From contig CBFGJX010000003.1 of NCBI GenBank assembly GCA_965649225.1, forward strand, positions 96,001 to 160,000: 64,000 nt of DNA. The letters are read 5' to 3'. This document shows, one piece after another, positions 48,913 to 57,704 of this stretch (its first letter is position 1; each line of letters begins with the position of its first letter). The stretch is from a candidate division WOR-3 bacterium. GTDB taxonomy: Bacteria > Hydrothermota > Tepidihabitantia > Tepidihabitantales > Tepidihabitantaceae. The notes beneath the pieces are model-generated. The model did no database searches and was not told the DNA's origin. It worked only from the letters and a program-made list of their open reading frames with translations. The translations under genes were made by a program, and so were the position numbers.

Positions 48913-49593
48913 GTGCCCAGAGAAAAACCGCCCGTGATTGACGTCGCCGGCCGGCCGGTACGCCGCATTCCGGTTTACACCGGTTTGATTACCGAAAAAG
49001 ACGACATCGTCGAAGTCGTCCAACGGACTGCCGGGCCACTGCTTGAACCTCAGGACATCATCACCGTTGCTGAAAGCCCGGTCGCGGTCACTCAGGGCCG
49101 CGCCATCCCCATTGACCGCATCCGGCCCGGTTTCTGGGCCAACCTGCTCTGGCGATTCGTCAAGAAGGTACCATACGGCATCGGCCTGCGCAGCCCGTGG
49201 TCAATGCAGTGTGCCATCGACGAGGTCGGCGCGCCGCGGATTGTGCGCGCGGCAATTGCCGGCGGCTGGGGCAAGCTGCGCGGACGGTCAGGCGACTTCT
49301 ACCGGGTTGCCGGCGATGCGGTGGCAATGATTGATGCCGCCCACACTTCGGGCGTGAAGGAATTCTACAACTGCGTAATCATGGGACCGAAGGCACCGGA
49401 TGAAGTCGCCGGTCGAATCGCTGCCGCCACCGGCCGACCGACAGCGATTGTTGATGCCAACGACATCTTCGGCTGCAAGGTTGTCGGTGCTTCCGCCGGA
49501 CTTGACCGCGAGCTGGTTCAGAATGCGATGCGCGACAACCCGGCCGGGCAGGGCGGCGAGATGACCCCGATCGTCATACTCCGCCCCGAGTAA
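48913..49593 (+). CDS. CofE-like (F420-0:gamma-glutamyl ligase family) protein
   Basis: IPVYTGLI, VAESPVAVTQGR, GDFYRVAG..IDA, VDAND, DNPAGQG.EMTPIVI. GTG start 5 nt after TTGACT-N16-TATCGT. Confidence 0.8.
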   Translation: MPREKPPVIDVAGRPVRRIPVYTGLITEKDDIVEVVQRTAGPLLEPQDIITVAESPVAVTQGRAIPIDRIRPGFWANLLWRFVKKVPYGIGLRSPWSMQCAIDEVGAPRIVRAAIAGGWGKLRGRSGDFYRVAGDAVAMIDAAHTSGVKEFYNCVIMGPKAPDEVAGRIAAATGRPTAIVDANDIFGCKVVGASAGLDRELVQNAMRDNPAGQGGEMTPIVILRPE

Positions 49594-49595
49594 CT

Positions 49596-50456
49596 TCACC
49601 CCGGACCGCCAATACCAACCAGAACCAGCGCCAGCACAGCCAGCGCTATGCCGGCCACGCCAATCAAGCTGACGCGCTCACGCCAGATGAACACACCGGC
49701 GAGGGCCGAAAGCCCGACCTCACCCGCCGCGATTGTCGGATAGACCGCAACTGCCGGCAGTAACGCCAGTGCCAGAATGAGAAAAAGATAATTGCCCAGA
49801 TTGGCTACCCCGACCAGAGCGCCCAGCTGCAGAGTGCTGCGGTCAACCCGCTCAGGCCGGCCAAAATACAAAACACTCGTCACCGCAAAGGCGGCAACAA
49901 AAAGCATCGCCTGAAACGGCAGCGCCTCGGTCGGCGGCAGCTGGTGGCGAAAAACCTGCGCCGCCGCCATCACCAGCCCGTCAACTGCAAAAAGCAGTCC
50001 AAGCCACAAAGCCGCAACGCTGCGGCGCGGCCGTTGGGTATCCCTGCCCCGGAGTACATCCAACAGCACCAGTACCAGCGCAACGACCGCCGCACCACCG
50101 CCGGCCAGTTCAAGTGCCGTCGGGCGTTCATGCCAGATGACCGCACCGGCCAGAACCGGCACGACAATCGCACTGCGCATCGCCGTGACTGAAAACGCCA
50201 GTCCGGCCTCCTGCATTGCCCGCAGCCACACCAAGAGACCGGCAACAAACAACGCTCCGGTCGCAACTGCAAACAGCGCCGTCGGCCGTGAAATCGTTGT
50301 CTGTCCGGTAGCCACTGCTGCCAGAAAGGCCAGCAGTGCGGCGACCGCGTAGTTGACCCGGACCAGCGGCAACCGGGGCAGACCGCGGGTCTCGGCATGA
50401 CGCAGGGCCAGTCCCATTCCGACCGCCGCAACAATCTTCAACAGCAGAAAAAGCAC
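49596..50456 (-). CDS. DMT/EamA family transporter
   Basis: Ten transmembrane segments in two repeats (IWHERPT / IWRERVS); promoter TTGACG-N16-GATAAT. Confidence 0.85.
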   Translation of the reverse strand: MLFLLLKIVAAVGMGLALRHAETRGLPRLPLVRVNYAVAALLAFLAAVATGQTTISRPTALFAVATGALFVAGLLVWLRAMQEAGLAFSVTAMRSAIVVPVLAGAVIWHERPTALELAGGGAAVVALVLVLLDVLRGRDTQRPRRSVAALWLGLLFAVDGLVMAAAQVFRHQLPPTEALPFQAMLFVAAFAVTSVLYFGRPERVDRSTLQLGALVGVANLGNYLFLILALALLPAVAVYPTIAAGEVGLSALAGVFIWRERVSLIGVAGIALAVLALVLVGIGGPG

Positions 50457-50498
50457 CCGGGATTATCAACGCTGCCCGGCCGGCGTCAACCGAACTCT

Positions 50499-50526
50499 GA
50501 AACCAGTAGCCAGGAGACCAGTCTAA
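50499..50526 (+). promoter_or_regulatory. Putative ECF (sigmaE-like) promoter of hsp20
   Basis: GAAACC-N16-GTCTAA upstream of AAGGAGG. Confidence 0.5.
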
Positions 50527-50564
50527 GAAGGTGAAGACAGCAATATCGCAAAGGAGGTGGTGAT

Positions 50565-51014
50565 ATGGCTCGCAATCTGATGACTTGGGATCCGTTCCGT
50601 GAGGTCTCGCTGCTGCGTGATGAGATGGAACGATTCTTCGACAGCCTCAGTGGTCGCTATCCGCGTGAGCGGACAGAGGTGATTTGGGGTCCGCCGGTCG
50701 ATGTTGAGGAAACGGATGAGGAAATCATCGTCCGCGCGGAGCTGCCGGGCATGAACAAGGACGACATCAAAGTCAGCGTCATGGGCGATGTCCTGACCAT
50801 CAACGGTGAGCGCAAGCACGAATCGGAGCAGAAGGGCAAGACATTCCATCGCGTCGAGCGGCTCTACGGCAAGTTCCAGCGCAGTCTGACCTTGCCGTGT
50901 GAGGTCGAAAGCGAGAAGGCCAAAGCGTCCTACAAGAACGGCGTGCTTGAGCTGACACTGCCCAAGACCGCCCGGACCAAGTCCCGCGAGATCACCATCA
51001 AGGCCGAAGACTGA
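50565..51014 (+). CDS. Hsp20/alpha-crystallin small heat shock protein
   Basis: WDPFRE, PPVDVEET, ELPGM, LTINGERK, ERLYGKFQRS, ASYKNGVLEL. Confidence 0.95.
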   Translation: MARNLMTWDPFREVSLLRDEMERFFDSLSGRYPRERTEVIWGPPVDVEETDEEIIVRAELPGMNKDDIKVSVMGDVLTINGERKHESEQKGKTFHRVERLYGKFQRSLTLPCEVESEKAKASYKNGVLELTLPKTARTKSREITIKAED

Positions 51015-51029
51015 GGCTGATTCGAGCCT

Positions 51030-51062
51030 GGACCCGCCTTCGGGCGGGTCCTTGCTGTTTTC
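51030..51062 (+). terminator. Intrinsic terminator after hsp20
   Basis: ggacccgcc-ttcg-ggcgggtcc followed by ttgctgttttt. Confidence 0.85.
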
Positions 51063-51119
51063 AACGGGACGATTGACCGTTGTCCGCCGCCCTTCTATAC
51101 TCGTAGTTACCGACTACTG

Positions 51120-51929
51120 ATGAAGCGAATAATGAACTGGCTCCGCCGACAGGCTGCGGCCTGGTTACCGGTAATCGTTTCGGTATTGCTTATCCGGTCG
51201 TTTGTCGTCGAGTCGTTCGTGGTGCCGACCGGTTCGATGGAAGACACGATCGAAGCCGGTGACGCGATGCTGGTCAACAAGTTCATCTATGGCATCCGGC
51301 TGCCTTTTACCGAGCGGATAATCATCCCGGTCTCGGCCCCGAAACGCGGCGATATCATTGTTTTCCGCTATCCCCAGGACCCCGAAGTCCCGCCCGGCTG
51401 CTCGCGCATCTTCCCGGCCTGGCTGCCGCTGCTGCCGGTGTTCTGGGACAACACTACCGGCTTTCTTCGTTTTTACACGCCGACCAATCTGATCAAACGC
51501 TGTGTTGCTCTCGCCGGCGACACGGTCGAGTACCGGGAAAAACAGCTCTACATCAACGGCATTCTCCAGCATGAACCCTATGTCCGCCACAAAGACCCCC
51601 GCTTCCTGCCCGGGGTTCCCGCTCTGCGCGATTCCTGGCAGACACTGTGGGAGGCAGACCGGTTCTACCGCACCGGTTTCACGCCCTATGTCCGGGACAA
51701 TTTCGGGCCGATTGTTGTCCCCGAAGGCCACCTCTTCATGATGGGCGACAATCGGGACAATTCCGAAGACGGTCGGTTCTGGGGGCCACTGCCACTGAAC
51801 TGCATCCGGGGCCGGCCGCTGGTGCTTTATTTCTCCTCGTCCGCGGCAGTCCAGCCGGTCAACATTCTCCGGGTGCTCCTCTCACCCTGGGCAATCCGGC
51901 CCCAGCGCATCGGGCGCATTATCCGGTGA
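51120..51929 (+). CDS. lepB: Signal peptidase I
   Basis: VPTGSMEDT (catalytic Ser), LIKRC (catalytic Lys), MMGDNRDNSEDGRFWG; promoter TTGACC-N17-TATACT. Confidence 0.95.
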   Translation: MKRIMNWLRRQAAAWLPVIVSVLLIRSFVVESFVVPTGSMEDTIEAGDAMLVNKFIYGIRLPFTERIIIPVSAPKRGDIIVFRYPQDPEVPPGCSRIFPAWLPLLPVFWDNTTGFLRFYTPTNLIKRCVALAGDTVEYREKQLYINGILQHEPYVRHKDPRFLPGVPALRDSWQTLWEADRFYRTGFTPYVRDNFGPIVVPEGHLFMMGDNRDNSEDGRFWGPLPLNCIRGRPLVLYFSSSAAVQPVNILRVLLSPWAIRPQRIGRIIR

Positions 51930-53314
51930 CGTCGACCAGAAAGTTCACCGCTTTCCTTGCTGTCCTGATTATTGCCGGACTTGACTGCAGCCGCCGGCCC
52001 GCCCATCCCCAACCCTGGCTCTGGCCTGGCGCCAACTCCCACAACACGCTGCTGTTTTCCCAGCGTGGCACCCGTCCCGGCCGCCTGAACTACCGGCGTC
52101 TCTGGGATGCCGAACATCTACCGACGACGCCATTTCAGGCCGGCCCGGTTGTTGATGCTGCCCAGCCGTGGGTGGCCACTGCCGACCTTGACGCTGAACC
52201 GGAACTGGAAATCCTGCCTTCCGGCCCGCACCGGTCTCTCGACATCATTCTCGACCACACCGGAATTGCCACCCCGGATGCCCAGCCGTCCCGGCCGGTC
52301 TTTTCCCGGGTTCTGCTTGTCGACCGGCCCGGGCACACCGCTGTCCGGCAGTTCCAGCTGCAGCCGAATCGCAATCCGGTCGCCTGGCACTTTCGGCTCA
52401 ACGACCGACCGGTACTCACCGTTACCGATGTCGTGGACGGCGTCCCCGGCTACCGCTTTTCAGTTCTCGACAGCAACGGCAGCCGGGTCTGGTCGTTACA
52501 GCTCGCCCCGTTCCCGATGCTGTGGGCAGTTGCCGACCTGGACGCCGACGGTTCCGAAGACCTGCTGCTCGGCACCTATGGTGAAGAGCACGGCCAGCGC
52601 ATCAACGGCTTCACCGACAGCGAGAGTACCTATTGCATTGCCCTGAAATCAGACGGCAGCCTCTTGTGGCGGGCGGCCTTCGGCGGGTCAAATTTCCTCG
52701 GTTGCCGGGCCGCGCTCGCCGATATCGATGCTGACCAGCGGCTCGAGGTCTGCGTCGCACTCTATACCTGGCATAACCGCTTCGGCGGCCTGCGGGTGCT
52801 GGACGCCGCCACCGGCCGACTGCGCGCCGGCGTCGAGGGACCAGCCGAACTGCCTGCCTCTCACACCTCGATCGGGCTGGCCGACCTCGACGACAACGGC
52901 CGGTGTGAAATCATCACTGCCACTGCCGGCCGCCAGGCCTGGGCTGCAGTCTGGCGGTTTTCCAACGATACGTTGAAACTGGAACAGCGCCAGCTGCTGG
53001 GCGAGTCGCGGGATTCAACCGGCCGGCGCTGGTCAGCATTGCAGGCAATCGGCGACCTGGATGGCGACGGCAGCTACGAACTGGTGTTTCTTTCCGAATT
53101 CCAGCGGCCGCTCTGTCCCGACCCGGTGTTCTACCCCACCCGCAATGAATCCTGCCGGGTAGAGATACTGAGCGGTGAGCTGCGACCGCTGCTCACGCTG
53201 CCGCTGTCGGCCCCCTGCCGTTCGCTGGTGCTTGGTGACATCGTCCCCGGCGGTAACCTCGAAATCCTGACCCGCTCCGACCGGCTGACGCTGTTCTCCG
53301 CCGACCGCCGCTAG
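51926..53314 (+). CDS. FG-GAP/VCBS repeat exported protein
   Basis: GTG overlapping the lepB stop; hydrophobic N-terminus ending in Cys; repeats DLDADGSEDL, DIDADQRLEV, DLDDNGRCEI, DLDGDGSYEL. Confidence 0.78.
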   Translation: MTSTRKFTAFLAVLIIAGLDCSRRPAHPQPWLWPGANSHNTLLFSQRGTRPGRLNYRRLWDAEHLPTTPFQAGPVVDAAQPWVATADLDAEPELEILPSGPHRSLDIILDHTGIATPDAQPSRPVFSRVLLVDRPGHTAVRQFQLQPNRNPVAWHFRLNDRPVLTVTDVVDGVPGYRFSVLDSNGSRVWSLQLAPFPMLWAVADLDADGSEDLLLGTYGEEHGQRINGFTDSESTYCIALKSDGSLLWRAAFGGSNFLGCRAALADIDADQRLEVCVALYTWHNRFGGLRVLDAATGRLRAGVEGPAELPASHTSIGLADLDDNGRCEIITATAGRQAWAAVWRFSNDTLKLEQRQLLGESRDSTGRRWSALQAIGDLDGDGSYELVFLSEFQRPLCPDPVFYPTRNESCRVEILSGELRPLLTLPLSAPCRSLVLGDIVPGGNLEILTRSDRLTLFSADRR

Positions 53315-54103
53315 CTACCGGCGCCCGCGCCTCACCACCACCGGTCGTGCCTGGACCGCACAGCCGAATGTCCCCAGTGCACCGCTGACATTACCACCGG
53401 CGATGAAAAGGTCGAGTCCGCTGCGGTTCCAGCCGCCATTGATTGCCGTGACACCGACGACGTACTCGCCGGGCTGGTATACCCCCAGCGAATCGGCGAA
53501 AGCTTCGACCGGGACCAGACAGGTGGTCTCCCGCACCACCCCGGTCCAGCCGAGGGCAGTCGACCCCGAATCGCGCGGAGTGACGCCGACGACATAGTTC
53601 TCGGCGCTGTCGGAACGGGTCCAGCTCACCCGCAGCGGCACAAATCCGCCCGAGTCTCCCGGCAGCGGCTCAACCAGCGTGAAGCTGTCGGGCAATGTCG
53701 CCCGCGCACTTATCGAGCGACCGTCGGCTGTGGTAATCGCCAGCGTGTAGCTCTGTCGGTATTGCAGCGTCAGCGTCGCGTCGAGATAGATTCCCGGCAG
53801 CCGCTCCGGCATCACTGCATTGTTCAACCGGACATCGGCACCGCCCAGCGGCACTACCCGGGCCGGAAAGACATAATCCCAGAATGTCGTATCCCCCGGT
53901 TCCGGCGTCTCCATCCAGTCATCGCGAAAGAGATTGGCCACACTCGCCCGACCCAGCAGCACCGTCGTACTGCTGCTTTGCGGTTCAAGCGTTCTGACAA
54001 CCTGGCCGGTCACAACCAGCGTCGAAAACTCCGCCTGGTCACAGGCCAGACCAGCCAGCAGCACCAGCGGCAAAGTCGCGCCGGCAAGCGAACGCATCGT
54101 CAT
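53315..54103 (-). CDS. Lipoprotein, DUF4249-like
   Basis: Lipobox LAGLAC; GADVRL..PGIY..YTLAIT..A.LP; C-terminal GNVSGALGTFG. Confidence 0.65.
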   Translation of the reverse strand: MTMRSLAGATLPLVLLAGLACDQAEFSTLVVTGQVVRTLEPQSSSTTVLLGRASVANLFRDDWMETPEPGDTTFWDYVFPARVVPLGGADVRLNNAVMPERLPGIYLDATLTLQYRQSYTLAITTADGRSISARATLPDSFTLVEPLPGDSGGFVPLRVSWTRSDSAENYVVGVTPRDSGSTALGWTGVVRETTCLVPVEAFADSLGVYQPGEYVVGVTAINGGWNRSGLDLFIAGGNVSGALGTFGCAVQARPVVVRRGRR

Positions 54104-55383
54104 TCCTTCAGCCGAAGTTCGACCCGGTTACCCGCAAGCCCGAGCACCTCAAAGGGGACACCGAAGCTGGCGGTTCGCAGCCCGTTGACAACCTCACTGC
54201 TGGCGGTCTCGGAAATCACCTCCAGCGTCGCCGTTGCGCCGGTCAGGTCTCGAAACAGCACGTCCTTGACACCGCGCAGCTTCTGACTGATTTCCGACTT
54301 GAGCTGCTGGACCCGTTCGAAACTGGCATTACTGATGGTCAGCACCGTAACGTTCTCGCGCCGGCGCCAGCCACGCAGGATACCGCTGATCAACGCCGTT
54401 GCGGCCGAATCAATCGCCTCACGGCGGGCCTCGTCCTCGGAAAACGGCAGCTCGCGGACGACATTGCTGACCGCCAGCACTGCGCCATCGGCGACGTTGA
54501 CCGCCCGCACCGAAAGCCGCATCCGAAACATCAGCATCTCCCCGCCGCCGTAAGGAATCTGCTTCACCTCGGTCTCGCGCTGAGCCAGACCGGTAACAAA
54601 CACCTCGGCACCGGCGCGCTGCCCCAGCTCGGCCGCCGCCCGGTTATCACCGGTCAGCACCGGTTTGAGCTGCTGCCGCTTCAGGTTCTCCTGGACCTGC
54701 CGGTAGTCAACTATCGGGAACCCGCGCCGGCCGAAAGCTTCCAGCAGCCCGGCCTCGGTCATCTCCTGGGCCATCATCCGGTCTTCTACCGAGAACTCCT
54801 GCCAGTTTTCCAGTTCCTTGACCAGCACCGCCACGCGCGGCCGCCCCTGCTCGGCAATCAGGATGCCGATTGCCGGCAGGTCGTTCTCCAATTTGTCGGT
54901 TTTCACCCGGGCACGGATGGTGACCCGGTACAGCTCTCCGTCCGGCCGCTCGGCGATGACCCGGTATGATGACACATAACCTTCGGCGACCGAATAGATC
55001 CGGTCCGACAGCAACTGAAAGTTCTGCACCCGGGTTTCCGAGCTCACCATTGTACCAACGCCCTGTTCGACCGCCTTGCGCAGGGCATCCCGCAACGCCG
55101 CATCGCGGGCAATGTCCCAGCCGCCTCCGGTCCGGGCGGCAACACCTTCAACAATCACGTCGACACCGTCGCCACCCGCCATCATCACTTCTTCGCCGGC
55201 CGCCCCTGCTCCCGTCGGCCGCCAGTCGGTCGCTGTCTGAACCGGCGGTGGCTGACTTGGGGCGGTTGCCGGCGGAACCTGCGCCGGATAGAAACATCCA
55301 GCGGCCAGCAGAACGACAAACATCAGCGCTGGCCGTAACTCTCTTCTGAAAAAGGACACCGATTGCCTCTTCATTGCCGTCAC
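54100..55383 (-). CDS. Lipoprotein with FlgT N-terminal-like domain
   Basis: Lipobox LAAGC; ARDAALRDALRKAVEQGVGTMVSSETRVQNFQLLSDRIYS..GYV. Confidence 0.75.
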   Translation of the reverse strand: MTAMKRQSVSFFRRELRPALMFVVLLAAGCFYPAQVPPATAPSQPPPVQTATDWRPTGAGAAGEEVMMAGGDGVDVIVEGVAARTGGGWDIARDAALRDALRKAVEQGVGTMVSSETRVQNFQLLSDRIYSVAEGYVSSYRVIAERPDGELYRVTIRARVKTDKLENDLPAIGILIAEQGRPRVAVLVKELENWQEFSVEDRMMAQEMTEAGLLEAFGRRGFPIVDYRQVQENLKRQQLKPVLTGDNRAAAELGQRAGAEVFVTGLAQRETEVKQIPYGGGEMLMFRMRLSVRAVNVADGAVLAVSNVVRELPFSEDEARREAIDSAATALISGILRGWRRRENVTVLTISNASFERVQQLKSEISQKLRGVKDVLFRDLTGATATLEVISETASSEVVNGLRTASFGVPFEVLGLAGNRVELRLKE

Positions 55384-56394
55384 CTACAACACCAGCCGGA
55401 GGATGAAGCGACCGGCCGCGGCAAGGTAACGGAAACCCTCTTTCAGCCAGCGCACCTTTTCGGCATCCTCGGTCGAAAGCACGATATCCGTTCCCAGTCG
55501 GCCGGTAACTTGCCGGACTTTCAAAACCAGCGGCGAACGGGCGAACTCCGGCCGTGCCAGCACCTGGTCAAGCTTCTGAACGAACTGCAAACCATAGCCG
55601 CCGGCAGTGCCGAGATACTGCCGCGTATCCAGCAGCAGATTGCCGTTACTGTCGTAGATTTTCGGATACATTGCCGGCTTCAGCCCTGAAGCTCCGGCAT
55701 CAAGCAGAATTCCCGAATACTGACGCAGAAACTCGCGCACCTGCGGCGCGACCGCGGCGCCGACTTCGCCGCCGTAGCCACCACCGGTCAGCACCGGTGC
55801 CAGCGCACTGCTGAGCGAAGTATCGCCGTACAGCGCAACCTCCAGCTCCACTTCAACCGTGCCGGCAACCGAATCGTACAGCGCCGGGCCACGCTGCCGC
55901 GCCCCTTTGACCACGCCTTCGACCGATGAGTAGATGACATCGTAGTCGGTCATGTAGTTCTGGACCCGGGTTTCCGCGTCCACCCGCACGCCTTTGATGA
56001 TTTCCAGCAGATTGCGCTGGGCAACCACCGTCGCCGCCCGCTCGGCCATCACCCGGGCCTGAGCCCGGTTGGAATTGCCGGGGTCAAGCACACCGGTACC
56101 GCGGGCCCGCACCACCCGGCCCGACCAGTCAACCGCACCGCCCGGCATCCGTTCGACCAGTTCACCCGGCGCGGCAATCGGCCCGACCGGAGCTGGCGGC
56201 ACGAAAGCCCCGGTGTCGGCCTCGACGCCACCGCGTTCGGGTCGCGTCTGAGCGGGACCACCGACCGGCGTGGTCGTCTCGACACTCGACTGCCGCACTG
56301 TTGCCCGGCTGACGCAACCTGCCGCCAGCACCACCAGCAACAGAACCAGCACCAGTACCGTCCCGTGACTCCGCCGACCCCGAATTGCGCTCAT
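55384..56394 (-). CDS. LPP20-like lipoprotein
   Basis: Lipobox LAAGC; VDWSG..ARGTG..AERAA...AQRNLLEIIKGVRVDAET; PAMYPKIYD. Confidence 0.75.
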   Translation of the reverse strand: MSAIRGRRSHGTVLVLVLLLVVLAAGCVSRATVRQSSVETTTPVGGPAQTRPERGGVEADTGAFVPPAPVGPIAAPGELVERMPGGAVDWSGRVVRARGTGVLDPGNSNRAQARVMAERAATVVAQRNLLEIIKGVRVDAETRVQNYMTDYDVIYSSVEGVVKGARQRGPALYDSVAGTVEVELEVALYGDTSLSSALAPVLTGGGYGGEVGAAVAPQVREFLRQYSGILLDAGASGLKPAMYPKIYDSNGNLLLDTRQYLGTAGGYGLQFVQKLDQVLARPEFARSPLVLKVRQVTGRLGTDIVLSTEDAEKVRWLKEGFRYLAAAGRFILRLVL

Positions 56395-56993
56395 TTCCTG
56401 CCTCCTGCCTGCGCCAGCGGCGCCAGTGCCATCTGGACTGCTCCGGCCAGCGCTTCCTCGGCGCCGGCAAAACTGCTCGACTGTCCCTGGGAATAGTAAA
56501 GCACTTCGGCTGTCTCGACCGCGACAATCTTGACAAACACCTCGGCATCACGCTGCTCCGGGCTGTCCGAGAAGAAATCGTCGTGCTTCAGTCGCGCCAC
56601 GTTGACCAGCATCACCGCCTCGGCCCCCAGCATCCGTCCCAGCCGGGCAGCGCTGGCCGGGTCCACCAGTCCGGAGCGGGAAAACTCATGCTCGGCAAGC
56701 AACCGTTCGACCTCCATACGGTCCACCAGCACCACCCGGCCGGTGCGCATCAGCGCCAGCTGGGCGGCATCGTAAAGATTGCCGAGCGGTACATCACCGG
56801 CGGTGGCGGTCGGCGGCAGAACCGCAATCCGCCAGGTCCGGCTCAAGTCAAAGTTTGGCGACAGCGAATGGGGCTGAGCGGCCGCTGCCGCCTGCTGCAT
56901 GTGCTGCATCGCCTGCGGGCTGACCACGCAACCGGCTCCGGTTGCAAGCACTGTGACCGCCAGTGCGAGAGCTCTGGATAAGTAGTCTGTCAT
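56391..56993 (-). CDS. CsgG/HfaB family lipoprotein
   Basis: Lipobox GAGC; RIAVLP; VDRMEVERLLAEHEFSRSGLVDPASAARLGRMLGAEAV; AGGAG Shine-Dalgarno; promoter TTGACA-N16-GATAAT. Confidence 0.82.
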   Translation of the reverse strand: MTDYLSRALALAVTVLATGAGCVVSPQAMQHMQQAAAAAQPHSLSPNFDLSRTWRIAVLPPTATAGDVPLGNLYDAAQLALMRTGRVVLVDRMEVERLLAEHEFSRSGLVDPASAARLGRMLGAEAVMLVNVARLKHDDFFSDSPEQRDAEVFVKIVAVETAEVLYYSQGQSSSFAGAEEALAGAVQMALAPLAQAGGRK

Positions 56994-57176
56994 TGACTCT
57001 CCTTTTGAGGCAAGGCTGGCTGATTATCTGTGCTCCTGCCGGATTGTCAAACAACCCTGCCCGATATACCCGCGGCTGCTGACTGCTATTCCCCGGCGCC
57101 CCGGATTTGTACGACGAGGCAGCGGGCCGGCAGAAGCCGGCCCGCCGGAGGCTGAGATGCGTGTACCGAACGCGGC

Positions 57177-57398
57177 CTAACCACCCTGGCGCGACAGATA
57201 CAGATTGTCGGTCCGCAGCATCCGTTCTGCCGCCCCCTTGCAGTTGCGGTAGTTCTTGGAGGCATCGTCGAGCCGAACCCGGTAGCGCGAACGCGGCACC
57301 TCGGCCCGGGGCTTCGACGTCATCAGGAACACACCGCTCCCCACCATGATGCAACCCAGCAGACCAATCAGCGCAGTCACAAATCTTGAACCCGCCAT
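57177..57398 (-). CDS. Small (73 aa) single-transmembrane protein under a sigma54-type promoter
   Basis: GGAGG-N5-ATG; MAGSRFVTALIGLLGCIMVGSGVFLM hydrophobic segment; downstream hairpin at 57122-57145. Confidence 0.6.
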   Translation of the reverse strand: MAGSRFVTALIGLLGCIMVGSGVFLMTSKPRAEVPRSRYRVRLDDASKNYRNCKGAAERMLRTDNLYLSRQGG

Positions 57399-57453
57399 GG
57401 AAACCTCCAGTTTGTTTGCTGTCATCGTCTTTGCCGTCATCGCCCCTTCTATA

Positions 57454-57469
57454 TGCAGCAACCGTGCCA
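57454..57469 (-). promoter_or_regulatory. Sigma54 (-24/-12) promoter
   Basis: TGGCACGGTTGCTGCA = TGGCACG-N4-cTGC, with exact GG-N10-GC spacing. Confidence 0.7.
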
Positions 57470-57543
57470 GCTGGGCCCAAACCCGTAAGATGATTTTTTT
57501 TCATGGCCTTACATATCAGCTCCTCGATTTCCGACCTAACGTC

Positions 57544-57656
57544 GTCTCATTATTGAGACATGAGACACGAAGCGCCTGAGAACAAGCGTAGAAATATCAA
57601 CATGTTATGCGGCTGAGGCGATTTCTCGCCGATGAGACAGTTTGAGAAATGAGACA
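57544..57656. promoter_or_regulatory. Enhancer-like TGAGAC repeat clusters flanking an IHF consensus site
   Basis: GTCTCA-ttat-TGAGAC palindrome (57544-57559); TGAGAC at 57561, 57633 and 57650; TGAGAA at 57643; TATCAAcatgTTA (WATCAANNNNTTR) at 57595-57607. Confidence 0.6.
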
Positions 57657-57686
57657 CCGGGCACCGGATAAATCCGGTGCCCGGTG
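57655..57686 (-). terminator. Hairpin after the 57705-60701 gene
   Basis: caccgggcaccggat/atccggtgcccggtg perfect inverted repeat. Confidence 0.7.
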
Positions 57687-57704
57687 GGAAGAGAACGGTT
57701 CAGG

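Noticed and set aside
57544..57656. CRISPR array or transposon end from the TGAGAC repeats
   Set aside because: Repeats are only 6-8 nt and irregularly spaced, with no cas or transposase gene; a sigma54 enhancer explains them better.
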